Source: Candidatus Poribacteria bacterium (GTDB lineage: Bacteria > Poribacteria > WGA-4E > PCPOR2b). Taken from it: DNA of 64,000 nt. The stretch lies in contig OZ244587.1 in the NCBI GenBank assembly GCA_965218095.1, forward strand, positions 3,072,001 to 3,136,000, written 5' to 3'. Within the stretch, counting starts at the first letter, position 1; every line of letters starts with the position of its first letter. The notes beneath the pieces were generated by a model. That model worked only from the letters and a program-made list of their open reading frames with translations, had not been told where the DNA came from and searched no databases. A program made the translations under genes and the position numbers. Shown piece after piece: positions 11,378 through 22,841 of the stretch.

Positions 11378-13742
11378 AAAGAAACAGGAACTGAATTCAG
11401 AAACGCCCAGAGAACTACCGATTATACCCCTTGCAAGCAATCTCGTTATCTTTCCTTATATGCCCCCGGTTCCACCCTTTCCGCCGCATCACGTCGTATT
11501 GTCGGGAGAGAGTATGATGTCGGCTGTCGACGAAGCCATGATTGATGGTTCACGGATCATCTGTATCTTTAAGCTCCGGGAGGAGAAAGACCAGGAAGAG
11601 TTGACGGTTGAAGATTTTAGTTCTGTTGGTATGCTAATTTATATTATCAAGTATCGCAAAGAGGACGAAGACGTATTATTCCTCGCGCAGGGGCGTGCAA
11701 GGGTTCGGATTGAAGAGATTACTCAGACGGATCCATTTATCAAAGCGTATGTGCGAATCGTCGAGGAGGAGGAAGGGGAGACCTCTGTTGAAATGGAAGC
11801 CCTGATGCGCAGTGCCGCCTCGCTATTTCAAGAAATCGTGAATCTCTCCTCAAAGTATCAGGAGGAGTTCGGGTTTATTGCTGACAATATCGAGGAGCCG
11901 GGACGCCTTGCGGATTATATTGCGGGAGCACTCGATCTCAAACCTGAAGATAAGCAAGTCATCCTAGAAACCATACCTGTCGAGGATCGGTTGGCTCAAC
12001 TCATCGTTCCGCTGACCAAAGAGTTGGATCTTCTCGAACTGGAAAGCAAAATTCACTCCGACGCGCAGGAAGTGATTAACAAAGGACAGCGCGAATACTT
12101 CCTGCGAGAGCAGATGAAAGCCATCCAAAAAGAGCTTGGTGAAACCGACGATCTGTTGCTAGAGGTTGAGGAGATGCGAGAGCAGATCGAAAAATCCAAT
12201 ATGCCTGAAAGGGCGCGCACCACCGCAGAAAAAGAACTCAATCGTCTATCCAAAATGCATTCATCTTCCCCGGAGTCAACAGTTTCGCGGAATTACCTGG
12301 ATTGGCTCATCAACCTCCCCTGGGACGTCAGCACAGAAGATCGCCTGGAGATTTCTCACGCGAAGCAGATTCTCGACGAAGACCACTATGACCTCGAAAA
12401 GGTCAAAGACCGTATTCTGGAATACCTTGCGGTGCGCATGCTCAAGCAGGATATGAAGGGACCGATTCTCTGCTTCGTCGGTCCCCCGGGGGTTGGAAAA
12501 ACCTCATTGGGGAAGTCAATCGCCAGGGCGATGGAGCGCAAATTTGTGCGGATGTCATTGGGCGGGATTCACGACGAAGCGGAGATCCGTGGACACCGAC
12601 GCACCTACATCGGATCAATGCCGGGGCGTATCGTCAAGAGTCTGCGTCAAGCGGAATCCAATAACCCGGTGTTTATGTTAGACGAGATCGATAAGCTCGG
12701 CTCGGATTTCCGTGGTGACCCGGGGGCTGCGCTGCTGGAGGTCCTCGATCCGGAGCAGAACAATGCTTTTGTGGACAACTACCTGGAGGTCCCCATCGAT
12801 CTCTCGAAGGTGATGTTCATTACCACAGCAAATCAACTTTACACCATTCCGCCCGCCCTGCTTGACCGCATGGAGACTCTGGAACTCCCTGGCTACACAG
12901 CCAACGAAAAACTGATGATCGCCAAGCAATATCTCATCCCACGGCAACTCGAAGCGCACGGCATCACCGCAGATGGACTCTCGATCGCGGATGACGCGGT
13001 GCATCAAGTAATCGATAAATACACCCGTGAAGCGGGTGTGCGAAACCTTGAACGCGAACTGGGTACAATCTTTCGGAAAGTTGCCCGCAAAATCGCCGAA
13101 GGAACGGATACGCCAACACATGTAACGGCGGACGATATTTCGGATTATCTGGGACCAACCAGATTCTACTCCGAAGTTGCTGATCGGAAGGAAGAGGTTG
13201 GGGTCGTTACAGGTATGTCTGCTACCCCATCTGGAGGCGAGATTCTGTTTATTGAAGCAATTAGCATGGCCGGTAAGGGAAAGTTGCTGCTGACCGGACA
13301 GATTGGCGATATTATGCAAGAATCCGCTCAAGCGGCGCTGAGTTATATCAAATCTCAGTCTGACACCTTGCATTTCGATTCAGATTTCTTCCAGAAGAAT
13401 GACATCCATGTTCACGTGCCAGCAGGGGCAATCCCGAAAGATGGGCCCTCCGCCGGTATCACAATCGCCACGGCGCTGGCTTCTCTGGCGACGGGGCACA
13501 ACGTAACCCCCGAGGTTGCAATGACCGGCGAAATTACGCTGCGGGGGCGTGTGCTACCGATCGGCGGCTTGAAGGAAAAGACGCTGGCGGCAAAGCAAGC
13601 GGGAATTAAGAAGGTGATCCTTCCTCAACACAATAAAAAAGATCTCGTTGAGATCCCCGAAGACGCCAGGGATGGACTTGAATTCGTATTTGTCGATCAT
13701 GTTGATGAGGTTTTTGATCGGGCGCTTAAACCGGGCAGTTAG
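11358..13742 (+). CDS. lon: ATP-dependent Lon protease
   Basis: GPPGVGKTS Walker [18 protein letters not shown] catalytic Ser; start approximate. Confidence 0.97.
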   Translation: MMAPKNKKKQELNSETPRELPIIPLASNLVIFPYMPPVPPFPPHHVVLSGESMMSAVDEAMIDGSRIICIFKLREEKDQEELTVEDFSSVGMLIYIIKYRKEDEDVLFLAQGRARVRIEEITQTDPFIKAYVRIVEEEEGETSVEMEALMRSAASLFQEIVNLSSKYQEEFGFIADNIEEPGRLADYIAGALDLKPEDKQVILETIPVEDRLAQLIVPLTKELDLLELESKIHSDAQEVINKGQREYFLREQMKAIQKELGETDDLLLEVEEMREQIEKSNMPERARTTAEKELNRLSKMHSSSPESTVSRNYLDWLINLPWDVSTEDRLEISHAKQILDEDHYDLEKVKDRILEYLAVRMLKQDMKGPILCFVGPPGVGKTSLGKSIARAMERKFVRMSLGGIHDEAEIRGHRRTYIGSMPGRIVKSLRQAESNNPVFMLDEIDKLGSDFRGDPGAALLEVLDPEQNNAFVDNYLEVPIDLSKVMFITTANQLYTIPPALLDRMETLELPGYTANEKLMIAKQYLIPRQLEAHGITADGLSIADDAVHQVIDKYTREAGVRNLERELGTIFRKVARKIAEGTDTPTHVTADDISDYLGPTRFYSEVADRKEEVGVVTGMSATPSGGEILFIEAISMAGKGKLLLTGQIGDIMQESAQAALSYIKSQSDTLHFDSDFFQKNDIHVHVPAGAIPKDGPSAGITIATALASLATGHNVTPEVAMTGEITLRGRVLPIGGLKEKTLAAKQAGIKKVILPQHNKKDLVEIPEDARDGLEFVFVDHVDEVFDRALKPGS

Positions 13743-13848
13743 CGGACCAGCAGGGGGAGAATAGCCAAGCCAGCAAATCTGTTCATGGGTTCACAGGTTC
13801 ATTAGATTCCGTAAATTTTGAACTCACACAAAATTTTTGGAGGCTATC

Positions 13849-14050
13849 ATGATCAAAACCACACAGATTATCCCGATTTACCTCACTACTTTTTTATGTT
13901 TGGCTCCCAGCCTATACGCCCAAAATGTCTATGAACAGTTGGGCGCTGCTGATTGGAGTCAACCAGTATAAACACTTTCCGTCCCACCTCCAACTCAATT
14001 ATGCCGTCAACGACGTTGAGGCGCTTCAGAGGTTGCTCATTGATTGCCCG
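13849..14050 (+). pseudogene. Frameshifted, truncated remnant of a secreted caspase-like (peptidase C14) protein
   Basis: SD GGAGG + signal-like MIKTTQIIPIYLTTFLCLAPSLYAQ, then in another frame SWALLIGVNQY...LNYAVNDVEAL; end approximate. Confidence 0.65.
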
Positions 14051-14074
14051 CGGCAGGTTGTGCTAGAAATTCGC

Positions 14075-14103
14075 TTGACACAAATATCCATTCGTTGTAA
14101 AGT
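14075..14103 (+). promoter_or_regulatory. Putative sigma70 promoter
   Basis: TTGACA, 17 bp, TAAAGT upstream of 14148. Confidence 0.5.
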
Positions 14104-14147
14104 GCGTTCCATTAACCAATTTCCCAACCGAATGAAGGAGAATCTTT

Positions 14148-14780
14148 ATGTCCCTCAAAATAGAGAAGATGTTTGACTCTCCCGGCCCACAGCCAAACGG
14201 CGTGCAAGCAACAGAAGAAGGACTCTGGTTCCTTGATCAACGTTCAAATCAAGTCAGCCTCATGTCTTATGACGGGGAACTTCTGAAAACCTTCGATACA
14301 GATTCGGTTCACGGAAGCGGCATCACGGATTCAAGTACGGAGCTTTGGCTCGCATCGACCTACGGTTGTAAGATCATCAAGACGGATAGAACGAATGGAT
14401 CAACTATCGCGTCTTTTCCAACCGCCGGTGCATCAAAGACGGGGGCACACGGATTAGAGTGGCGCGACGGCAAACTGTGGATGGCGGTGCCTCCATCGGC
14501 GACAATCTATCAATTGGATCCGGAGAATGACCTTGCTGTGCTGCACACAATTCCTGCCCCCGGAAACCGTCCACACGGTCTCGCGTGGGAGGGGGATGAT
14601 CTCTGGTGCGTCGAGACAAACCACCGGGCGATCTATCGGCTGAACCCCAAGGACGGCTCAACGATCGAGAAAGTTGAAATTCCCGAACCATACCCTGAAC
14701 CGCACGGAATGACACGCTGGGATGATTGCTTCTGGTATTGTGATGCGAGATCGAGAGCAGTTTGTCGGGTGTTTCGATAG
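14148..14780 (+). CDS. Beta-propeller protein (glutaminyl cyclase/Vgb-like)
   Basis: Repeated PHGLAW-DG-LW blades. Confidence 0.75.
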   Translation: MSLKIEKMFDSPGPQPNGVQATEEGLWFLDQRSNQVSLMSYDGELLKTFDTDSVHGSGITDSSTELWLASTYGCKIIKTDRTNGSTIASFPTAGASKTGAHGLEWRDGKLWMAVPPSATIYQLDPENDLAVLHTIPAPGNRPHGLAWEGDDLWCVETNHRAIYRLNPKDGSTIEKVEIPEPYPEPHGMTRWDDCFWYCDARSRAVCRVFR

Positions 14781-14969
14781 TCGGGTGTCTCTAAAGTGTA
14801 ATCAAAGGTCAAATCCATACGCCGCGTGAATCGACTAAATACCCTTTTCGATAAGGCCGCAACTGCTAAAGGCATATCCGAAATTGAGACCGATTGAAAG
14901 CGTGTGAGGATGAGAAAATCGTATGAGTGCCTCACTTTTTCACATAATGGTTCTTTATAGGAGTAAAAA

Positions 14970-17021
14970 ATGAGGTTCTCTGAAACGTTATTGCGCGTTG
15001 ACAACCTCAAAACCTACTTTCGCACTGCGGAAGGGCTCGCTCGTGCTGTAGACGGCATTTCTTTTGATATTCAGCGTGACGAGATCTTCGCAATCGTCGG
15101 GGAATCCGGCTGTGGGAAGAGCGTTACGGCGTTGTCGATTATTCAACTTGTGCCGCAGCCAGCGGGCTTTATCGCAGGTGGGGAGATCTATTACAGAGAC
15201 CGAGAGATTACCCGGCTGCCAGAGGTCGAAAAGCGGAAAATTCGCGGCAACGAGATTGCGATGATCTTTCAGGAACCGATGATCAGTCTCAACCCTGTGT
15301 TTACCGTTGGGAATCAAATTCTAGAGGTGATTCAGCAACATCAGGGCATACAGGGGAAAGCCGCGAAAATCACCGCTATCGAAATGTTGGATCTGGTCGG
15401 CATCCCGGAGCCTGCGAGGCGTTTCGAGGAATATCCCCACCAGCTTTCGGGCGGCATGAGACAGCGTGTCATGATTGCGATCGCGCTATCGTGTCGCCCC
15501 GGCTTGCTAATTGCTGATGAGCCGACGACCGCACTGGATGTGACGATTCAGGCGCAGATCCTGGAGTTGATCAAGCAGCTTCAACGCGAGTTTGGCATGG
15601 CGGTATTACTGATTACCCATGACCTCGGCGTCGTGTCGGAAATGGCAAATCGGGTTGCCGTCATGTACGCGGGAAAAATTGTGGAAACCAGCGATTGGGG
15701 GGCGCTCTACCACCATCCCCACCACCCCTACACAACCAAATTGCTTGACTCCCTCCCTTCCCGCCAGAAGCGGGGCGATGCCCTGCAAACCATCAAAGGG
15801 CGTGTCCCACAAGCGACGCGATATCCTGAAGGATGTCGTTTTGCCGATCGGTGCCCCAAAGTGATGAACGGCTGTGATACCAGCTTGCCGCCACTGATCG
15901 AGATCGAAGCAGAACACCATGCGGCGTGCCACCTCTACAATCCTGATTTTAATCATTCCGCTGACGCCACCGAGATTGCATCCATCCCAACCTCAACAGC
16001 AGTAGCGCCTCCCCCCGCTCTCAAACCCGACGCCCCTGACGAATCACTCATTCAGGTGAACAACCTGCGTGTCCATTTCCCCATCGTAAAAGGAATCCTC
16101 AAGCGGACGGTGGGCTATGTCTATGCGGTGGATGGGGTCAACCTTGCCATTCCCAAAGGGAAGACCCTCGCCCTTGTCGGAGAATCTGGGTGTGGAAAAA
16201 CGACGCTCGGCAAAGCGATCCTTCGACTCGGCGTTCCGGTTCAAGGAGAAATCCGCTGCGGCGGCGGTGACCTCGCACAGTTAAGCAGATCTGAAATGCA
16301 CCCCTATCGACGACGTCTCCAGATCATTTTCCAGGACCCCTACTCATCGCTCAATCCGCGCATGATGGTTGGGAACACGATTCAGGAAGGCATGATAACG
16401 CACGGCATCGGAGGGAGTCGGTCAGAGCGCGAAGACCGTGTGCGTGAACTGATGCAGCGTGTTGGACTCTCACCCGATATGATGAATCGGTATCCCCACG
16501 AGTTTTCCGGTGGACAGCGCCAGCGGATCGGCATTGCCCGGTGCCTGGCTGTCGAGCCCGATTTCATCGCCTGCGACGAGGCGACAAGTGCGTTGGATGT
16601 TTCAGTGCAAGCGCAGATTCTGAACCTGCTCAAGGAACTTCAGGATGAATTCAATCTGACCTACCTGTTCATCACCCACAACCTTTCCGTCGTCGAATAC
16701 CTTGCAGATGAGGTGGCGGTGATGTATCTCGGCAGAATTGTCGAGCAGGGAACCACCGAAGAAATCTTTGATAATCCCAAGCACCCTTACACCCGGGCGC
16801 TCCTTTCCGCTGTCCCCAAAATCGATCCGGAAACTGGCATTGAGAAGATTCGGCTCGAAGGGGATGTGCCGTCGCCAATCAATCCACCGAAAGGCTGTCA
16901 CTTTCATCCACGTTGCCCTAAAGCGATGCCGCGTTGTAGCGAGGCGTATCCTGACGAGACCGCCTTTACGGAAACCCATTTGTGCCGATGTTATCTTTAT
17001 GATGTGAAACGTGAAACGTAA
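14970..17021 (+). CDS. Peptide/nickel ABC transporter ATPase, fused OppD-OppF type
   Basis: Two GESGCGK Walker A, LSGGMRQ/FSGGQRQ signatures, two oligo_HPY C-terminal domains. Confidence 0.93.
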   Translation: MRFSETLLRVDNLKTYFRTAEGLARAVDGISFDIQRDEIFAIVGESGCGKSVTALSIIQLVPQPAGFIAGGEIYYRDREITRLPEVEKRKIRGNEIAMIFQEPMISLNPVFTVGNQILEVIQQHQGIQGKAAKITAIEMLDLVGIPEPARRFEEYPHQLSGGMRQRVMIAIALSCRPGLLIADEPTTALDVTIQAQILELIKQLQREFGMAVLLITHDLGVVSEMANRVAVMYAGKIVETSDWGALYHHPHHPYTTKLLDSLPSRQKRGDALQTIKGRVPQATRYPEGCRFADRCPKVMNGCDTSLPPLIEIEAEHHAACHLYNPDFNHSADATEIASIPTSTAVAPPPALKPDAPDESLIQVNNLRVHFPIVKGILKRTVGYVYAVDGVNLAIPKGKTLALVGESGCGKTTLGKAILRLGVPVQGEIRCGGGDLAQLSRSEMHPYRRRLQIIFQDPYSSLNPRMMVGNTIQEGMITHGIGGSRSEREDRVRELMQRVGLSPDMMNRYPHEFSGGQRQRIGIARCLAVEPDFIACDEATSALDVSVQAQILNLLKELQDEFNLTYLFITHNLSVVEYLADEVAVMYLGRIVEQGTTEEIFDNPKHPYTRALLSAVPKIDPETGIEKIRLEGDVPSPINPPKGCHFHPRCPKAMPRCSEAYPDETAFTETHLCRCYLYDVKRET

Positions 17022-17185
17022 TGTGGGCGAGTGTTTCGGCTGGCGATCGACATGATAAAGGAGAAGTTGGCGATGAGTTGGTAATGAAATTACTGCTTTA
17101 GTAACGGAAGCCAAACAACTTTGGCATTTGATCCTTGCGAAGGTTTGGAACCTTCGCAAGGTTTTCGGTGGAAAGGAGAGACTCA

Positions 17186-18346
17186 ATGGACAGTTACAGC
17201 CTCAGCGAGACCGAGCCGTTCGCAAATTCGGCGGCAACGCACGGTCAGCAAACTGACGACGGCGCCCCGGTAAGCCGCCTGCACGACCTGCTACGGACGG
17301 AAGTGCTGGCAGCCTTTGACCGCGCCTCTTTCGAGCGCGAGGGGTATTGGGTGTGGGAGGGTGTGCTGACCGACGCCGGCCGCAAGCAGTGGACAGCCAG
17401 CCTGCAGAAACTACAGCAGATGAACGATAACATCATCATGGACACCGACTGGGCCGCCATCGACTTCGCGGGGCGCGGACTGGAGCCGCCGCTGCTGGAG
17501 AAAATCACTCCGGAGTTTTTGGCTGCTTGCTGCGGCGGATCAGAGCAAATGCGCTTCACGCCGCCTGGGCTCCGTCAATACATGCACGACCACGGGCTGC
17601 TCGGCCCGGGCCCTGCGTTGGTCACACACGGGTTCGAGTCGCAGGGGGTCATGCCAGAGTATTTCCCGGGCGCTTATGACGACTTCATCATGGATGTCAC
17701 CACCGCCCACCCGCAGATGATGGAGCTATTCAGGAAGCTCTTCGGCGACCGCTTCGTGCTCGACCACTGCCTGATGCTCAACCGGGCGGCTGGCTCGAGA
17801 GGGAGACGCTGGCATGCTCACCAGTATCGGGAGGGGCAGTATGAGGTCGAGGACCCGATTGGAACCGGCAGTGCTGTTACTACCGAGTTTCTACAGCAGC
17901 AGTGTATTCGAACACTGTGCTACCCAGAAGGTGCAGAGATTGGGGATGGCGGGGAGCTTAGGGTCATCCCAGGCGCCCATCTATACCGCATCCCATACAA
18001 GTGGAACACGGAGCGGCCCGATGATGACGCCGCCATGCAAGCAGGCTGGCTGAAGGGAAAGACCCACGCCATCACAGGCAAGCCGTTAGAAATCCTACAC
18101 CTGTCACTACCACCCGGAAGCATGATTTCGTTTGTCCATCATATGCCGCATCATGTCCGCCACCGCCCGCCAGGGGCCCCTACCCGGTGGGGCCTGCTGA
18201 TGGCGTACCGGACCCCGGACCCGGCGGCAAGTCCGGCCAAGTGGACAAGAGGTGTGCCGGCGCATTGGGTAGAGCGTACTGCGGCAAAAGGATTGCTCTC
18301 CGCTGCAGCACGCCGCGTGTTTGAGGCAGACAACCCCCTCGACTGA
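17186..18346 (+). CDS. Phytanoyl-CoA dioxygenase (PhyH)-like Fe/2OG oxygenase
   Basis: FEREGYWVWEGVLT, WHAH, LRVIPGAH, PPGSMISF..H; SD AAGGAG before ATG 17186. Confidence 0.7.
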   Translation: MDSYSLSETEPFANSAATHGQQTDDGAPVSRLHDLLRTEVLAAFDRASFEREGYWVWEGVLTDAGRKQWTASLQKLQQMNDNIIMDTDWAAIDFAGRGLEPPLLEKITPEFLAACCGGSEQMRFTPPGLRQYMHDHGLLGPGPALVTHGFESQGVMPEYFPGAYDDFIMDVTTAHPQMMELFRKLFGDRFVLDHCLMLNRAAGSRGRRWHAHQYREGQYEVEDPIGTGSAVTTEFLQQQCIRTLCYPEGAEIGDGGELRVIPGAHLYRIPYKWNTERPDDDAAMQAGWLKGKTHAITGKPLEILHLSLPPGSMISFVHHMPHHVRHRPPGAPTRWGLLMAYRTPDPAASPAKWTRGVPAHWVERTAAKGLLSAAARRVFEADNPLD

Positions 18347-18565
18347 TTGGACATTTCGAACGGACACAGTGTTCAAAAGATCTGGAAAGAATCATGTAGA
18401 CTTTATACTGTCATGCTGAGTGATAAGCTTGTCCCGAGCGAAGCCGAGATCTTTTGGTCGCTTAGACTTCCTCAAGATGACATGAAGTCGCATACGTTCA
18501 AAATGACAAAACGCAATTTGTGACTGTTTGAAGTATACATTAGACACCCATACCGGAGTTGAATT

Positions 18566-20452
18566 ATGCCCATCAAGATTTTACCCTCTGACATTGCCAA
18601 CAAGATCGCCGCCGGTGAGGTCGTTGAGCGTCCGGCATCCGTTGTCAAGGAATTGGTCGAAAACGCTATTGATGCGGAGAGCACGAGCGTCAATGTCGAG
18701 ATCCGAGCAGGCGGCAAGCGGCTGATCTCCGTCTCAGATAACGGTAGCGGTATGAACCGAGAGGACGCGCTGATTGCGATAGAACGCCACGCGACAAGTA
18801 AAATCAGCACCGTTGAAGACCTGCAGACCATCCAGACGTTTGGTTTTCGCGGAGAGGCGCTTCCGAGCATCGCATCTGTGTCGCAGTTTGAACTGCTGAC
18901 GCGGACAGCCGATGCAGTGGGAGGCACAAAGATCACGGTCGAAGGCAGCGTGGTTCGTTCAGTGCAGGAGAGCGGTTGTTCGCCGGGGACGCATATTATG
19001 GTCAATAACCTCTTTTATAATGTTCCCGCGCGTCTGAAATTCCTCAAAAGCGAAGCGACAGAGTTGAATCACATCACGAATCAGGTGATGTGGGCCGCCC
19101 TCGCTAACCCGAAGATCCAGTTTTCCCACTCTCACAACACCCGCTCTCTGGTTGATGTCCGGGCGTGTGAATCCTATATCGAGCGCATACGCCTGCTATA
19201 CGGCAAAGAGTTTGCCGAAAACCTCATCGAGTTTGATGCTGACCTCCCCAACCTCCATCTCCACTGCTTTATCGGCAGACCAGATTTCACCAAAGCAAAC
19301 CGCAACTACCAGATTTTTTTCCTGAACCGAAGGCCCATTCGGAACAAAGTCCTCGGCGCGGCGCTCAACGAAGCGATGCGGTCCGTGGTGCCGAAAGATC
19401 GGTATGCCGTCGCCTTTCTTTTCCTGACGATGAGCGCTCAGGAGGTGGATGTCAATGTCCACCCCGCTAAAATCGAGATACGGTTCAAGAATGAGCGTGG
19501 CATCTACAGCGAGGTAGTGCGCCTACTTCACAGCGGGATTTACAAAAGCAAGTATATCCCCAAAATAGAAGGGTCAAAAGGCCAGGTGGCGCCGGCGGAA
19601 GTCCCCACTCCAGAAACCAACACCGACACAGTAGAGTCCTCTCCTCAGCAACAGCAGATCGAGGTGGGAAAACCGTCTGCCCGGGCCCCGATCTTTCCGA
19701 CGACACAGCGCGAATTTATGCAAACGGAGCCAACTGCCGCTCCCGCCCCCGAACAGCCGCAGCATGAAGAATCTGATACGAAACCGGAACCTCTCCGTCA
19801 AACGGAGGTGGAATCTGTCCAGCCGCCGCAACAGCCAATCCCTGAAGGCACAGAGCTCCAACTCCTTGACTTTGAGGGAGTACAACTGAAAACGAACCTG
19901 TTTAATACCTACATCGTCGCGGAGGGGAATGATCGGGTGTTTCTCATCGATCAGCATGTCGCGGCAGAGCGCGTGCTTTATGAACGTTTTGTCGAGCAGT
20001 TGAACATGGATGGAATTCCCGTGCAGGGGTTGCTGCTCCCTGTGACCATCGAAGCGACTCCGCAGCAGTTGACGACGCTCGATGCTCACCGCAAGCTCTT
20101 CGAGAAACTCGGTTTCGATGTGGAACGCTTCGGTGGAAGAACGATTCTGGTGCGATCCATCCCCGCAACGCTCCCAACACGCCTCGCCGACGTAACGGTT
20201 ACAGATCTGCTGGATGGGCTTGGACAAGCCGTAACGCCCACCGTAGAGCACCTTGAAGTTCAGGATAAGGCGCTCATCACACTTGCCTGCAAGTCCGCTG
20301 TGAAAGCCGGGGATGTGCTGGCGATGCAGGAGATGGTCAACCTGATCAAAGACCTCTCGCGGGCAAAGCTACCGTTCAATTGTCCGCACGCACGGCCGAT
20401 TATTGTGGAGATGAGTCGGAGTGAGTTGGAGAGCCGGTTTAAGCGGCGATGA
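18566..20452 (+). CDS. mutL: DNA mismatch repair protein MutL
   Basis: IAAGEVVERPASVVKELVEN, GFRGEAL, DQHVAAER, ACK, CPHARP. Confidence 0.97.
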   Translation: MPIKILPSDIANKIAAGEVVERPASVVKELVENAIDAESTSVNVEIRAGGKRLISVSDNGSGMNREDALIAIERHATSKISTVEDLQTIQTFGFRGEALPSIASVSQFELLTRTADAVGGTKITVEGSVVRSVQESGCSPGTHIMVNNLFYNVPARLKFLKSEATELNHITNQVMWAALANPKIQFSHSHNTRSLVDVRACESYIERIRLLYGKEFAENLIEFDADLPNLHLHCFIGRPDFTKANRNYQIFFLNRRPIRNKVLGAALNEAMRSVVPKDRYAVAFLFLTMSAQEVDVNVHPAKIEIRFKNERGIYSEVVRLLHSGIYKSKYIPKIEGSKGQVAPAEVPTPETNTDTVESSPQQQQIEVGKPSARAPIFPTTQREFMQTEPTAAPAPEQPQHEESDTKPEPLRQTEVESVQPPQQPIPEGTELQLLDFEGVQLKTNLFNTYIVAEGNDRVFLIDQHVAAERVLYERFVEQLNMDGIPVQGLLLPVTIEATPQQLTTLDAHRKLFEKLGFDVERFGGRTILVRSIPATLPTRLADVTVTDLLDGLGQAVTPTVEHLEVQDKALITLACKSAVKAGDVLAMQEMVNLIKDLSRAKLPFNCPHARPIIVEMSRSELESRFKRR

Positions 20453-20737
20453 CCAACACCCACCATCCGATTTAGATTATGGGCGTGCACGAAGCGAGTC
20501 GTCACAGGAGACGCGTTGATGGATAAGCCAACTCCTACCCCCATTAACAAAACCGTCAGAGATTCAATCATCTCGTCCCCCAGGTTGAACCAAAATTTAA
20601 CTTTTCATACCGTCCAATTTCCGTTCCGGCTGAGTTTGATCCTCTTGTACATTAATTGACATAGAATTTGAGATTAAAAACCTTCCGAAGGTCTTGAACC
20701 CTTGGAGGGATCTGGACCTCTGCTGACTTGTGAACCA

Positions 20738-22708
20738 CTAAAGTTGAGAACGTTTATCTACAATTCGGGTTTGCTTTTTTACAGTCGCCAACCAATTGCT
20801 GTAAACCTCGTTCCGTTTCGTTTGTAGCAGTGCTTTGTGGATCTTGGCACGCTCCGCCGGGTCATTCTGGAACTTCTCCATATCCGGCGCTTCGCGCTCC
20901 ACCAGCTGGATGATATAGGCGGCACTGTCCCCCTGGAGCGCGCCTCTCACCTCGTTCAGCTCCATCTCAAAAGCGGCAAACATGGCTTCTCGGCACGTCC
21001 CCATCCCGGATACATAACCGCTGCTCGGTGATATGGCAAACAGGTTGCTTTCCTTAACTTCTCGTTCTGTCCGAGTGATGCCTTCCGGCGCTTCATACTT
21101 CTTCACCAGATCTTCAAACGACGCATCGGTGGTGCGGAGGTCTATCAGTTTTTGGGCGTCCTCCAGCGCCAACTGTTTTGCCTTTTCCCCTTTGACGTCG
21201 TCAATTACTTGATTTTTGATCGTTTCAAATTCAGGGATTGCCGCCGGTTTCTTCTTAAGGACTTTCGCCACAAAATAGGACTCAATCTCCCCACTCTGTC
21301 TCTTGTTTTCGATAATGTCACTGACATTCTCCTCCATGTCGAAGGCTTTCTCAATTAAATCGACATGCGTCCACTTCGTTCCAATCTTGGGGATATTATT
21401 CGCATCTTGCGAAAAATATCCTGTATCCTGAACTGTAAGCGAGAGATCTTTGTACCTATCGAGCTGAATCGCCCCTTCATAATCCTGGATTTCAACATCA
21501 AACAGGAGATCTTCCACGAAGGTCTTCGCCTGGTCTACGCCTGCAATCTGAACCAGCTTATCCCTGATTTCGTTTTTTGCCTGAGTAAAGGGCTTAATTT
21601 CTTCTGGTCGCTTCTCTTCCAGCTTGATGATGTGGTATCCGAATCTCGATTCGACCAGATTACTCACCTCGCCGGGGGCTAACTCGTCAAATGCTGCCTT
21701 CTCAAACGGTTGCACCATGTCGCCTCGCGCAAAATATCCCGGCGGCAAGTCAGAGTTTCTTCCTTGCAACGCCCCTCCCCTCGGAGCCGAACCGGTGTCC
21801 TCGGAATGTTCCTTTGCGAGTTCAGCGAAATCCTTTCCTTCGGCAATCGCAGTCTTCACCGTTTCAAGCAACTTTTCTGCTTCTGCCTTGACTTCCGCCT
21901 TCTGCTCGTCGGTTGCGTTATCCGGGAATTTCTTCAAAATGTGACGCGCTTTCACCACCTCGGGCGTCTTAAACTCCTGTTGATGCTCATTATAATAAGC
22001 CTGCACGTCCGCGTCCGAAACGAAGTCTTTTGGATCGAGTTTGATGAACCTGAGATTAATCTCATCCCCTTTTTCATATTTCTCTTTGTGTTCTTCAAAA
22101 TAGACTTGTGCTTCAGCGTCGTCAACATTGGCGGCGCTATTGTATGCAAAGTGTTGAAATTGAATGTACTTGAGTTTCGCCTTGGTGTTCTGGTGGCGGT
22201 ATTCGTTCTCCACCTCCACGTCTGTGATCAGCTCAAGCCCTTGAATCTGATTGCGCAGGGCTTCCTCGCTCATGAGCAAACGGACATCTTGACGGAAGCG
22301 AGCCCCATTTCCTTGTTGCTGGTACAGGTTGTGGTACGTTCGCAGATTGTCATCGTTTGCAATATACGTCACCACTTCCGCGTCGCTGAACTGGACGCTG
22401 CCGAGCAGAATCTGCTGACTGGTGAGTTGATCGACAACCTGCTGTTCAACCTGCTCCCGTTCAATCTGTGAAGCCCCCTGGTTTTGCTGCTGCTGGCTTT
22501 GGAGTGCGTTGGCAACGAGATTTTCAAATTCACGCTGTCGTACTTTTGCACCGTTAATCTCAAGGACGACCTCGCCTGCATCGTTCCTATTGAACAGGCT
22601 GTTTCCACCGGCAACATCAAAGAGAAGGAGTGAGCCGATAAGAAAGGCAAGGCCAACAACAACCAGGAAAATCTGCGCGATAAATTTCTCCCTTAGAAAA
22701 ACAATCAT
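20738..22708 (-). CDS. Membrane-anchored parvulin peptidyl-prolyl isomerase (PpiD/SurA/PrsA family)
   Basis: N-terminal TM; VKARHIL, FAELAKEHSED, MVQPFE, SRFGYHIIKL. Confidence 0.9.
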   Translation of the reverse strand: MIVFLREKFIAQIFLVVVGLAFLIGSLLLFDVAGGNSLFNRNDAGEVVLEINGAKVRQREFENLVANALQSQQQQNQGASQIEREQVEQQVVDQLTSQQILLGSVQFSDAEVVTYIANDDNLRTYHNLYQQQGNGARFRQDVRLLMSEEALRNQIQGLELITDVEVENEYRHQNTKAKLKYIQFQHFAYNSAANVDDAEAQVYFEEHKEKYEKGDEINLRFIKLDPKDFVSDADVQAYYNEHQQEFKTPEVVKARHILKKFPDNATDEQKAEVKAEAEKLLETVKTAIAEGKDFAELAKEHSEDTGSAPRGGALQGRNSDLPPGYFARGDMVQPFEKAAFDELAPGEVSNLVESRFGYHIIKLEEKRPEEIKPFTQAKNEIRDKLVQIAGVDQAKTFVEDLLFDVEIQDYEGAIQLDRYKDLSLTVQDTGYFSQDANNIPKIGTKWTHVDLIEKAFDMEENVSDIIENKRQSGEIESYFVAKVLKKKPAAIPEFETIKNQVIDDVKGEKAKQLALEDAQKLIDLRTTDASFEDLVKKYEAPEGITRTEREVKESNLFAISPSSGYVSGMGTCREAMFAAFEMELNEVRGALQGDSAAYIIQLVEREAPDMEKFQNDPAERAKIHKALLQTKRNEVYSNWLATVKKQTRIVDKRSQL

Positions 22709-22841
22709 GGAAATCTCTCCTGTTATTCAGTCTGTATTTGGAATGGTAAGTTCAACGGAAAACGGTTAGTATGATACTTAATTGATATGAGTTTTGCAAG
22801 GGGTTTTATTACGCACTTTCCCCCATCACGTACCAAACGCC

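Noticed and set aside
12678-13373. Long antisense ORFs (also 19574-20251, 21710-22471, 39931-40779, 54590-55258)
   Set aside because: Shadows of well-supported genes on the opposite strand; no motifs.
13925-14176. 83-aa ORF as an intact gene
   Set aside because: Chimera of a caspase-like fragment and the next gene's promoter region.
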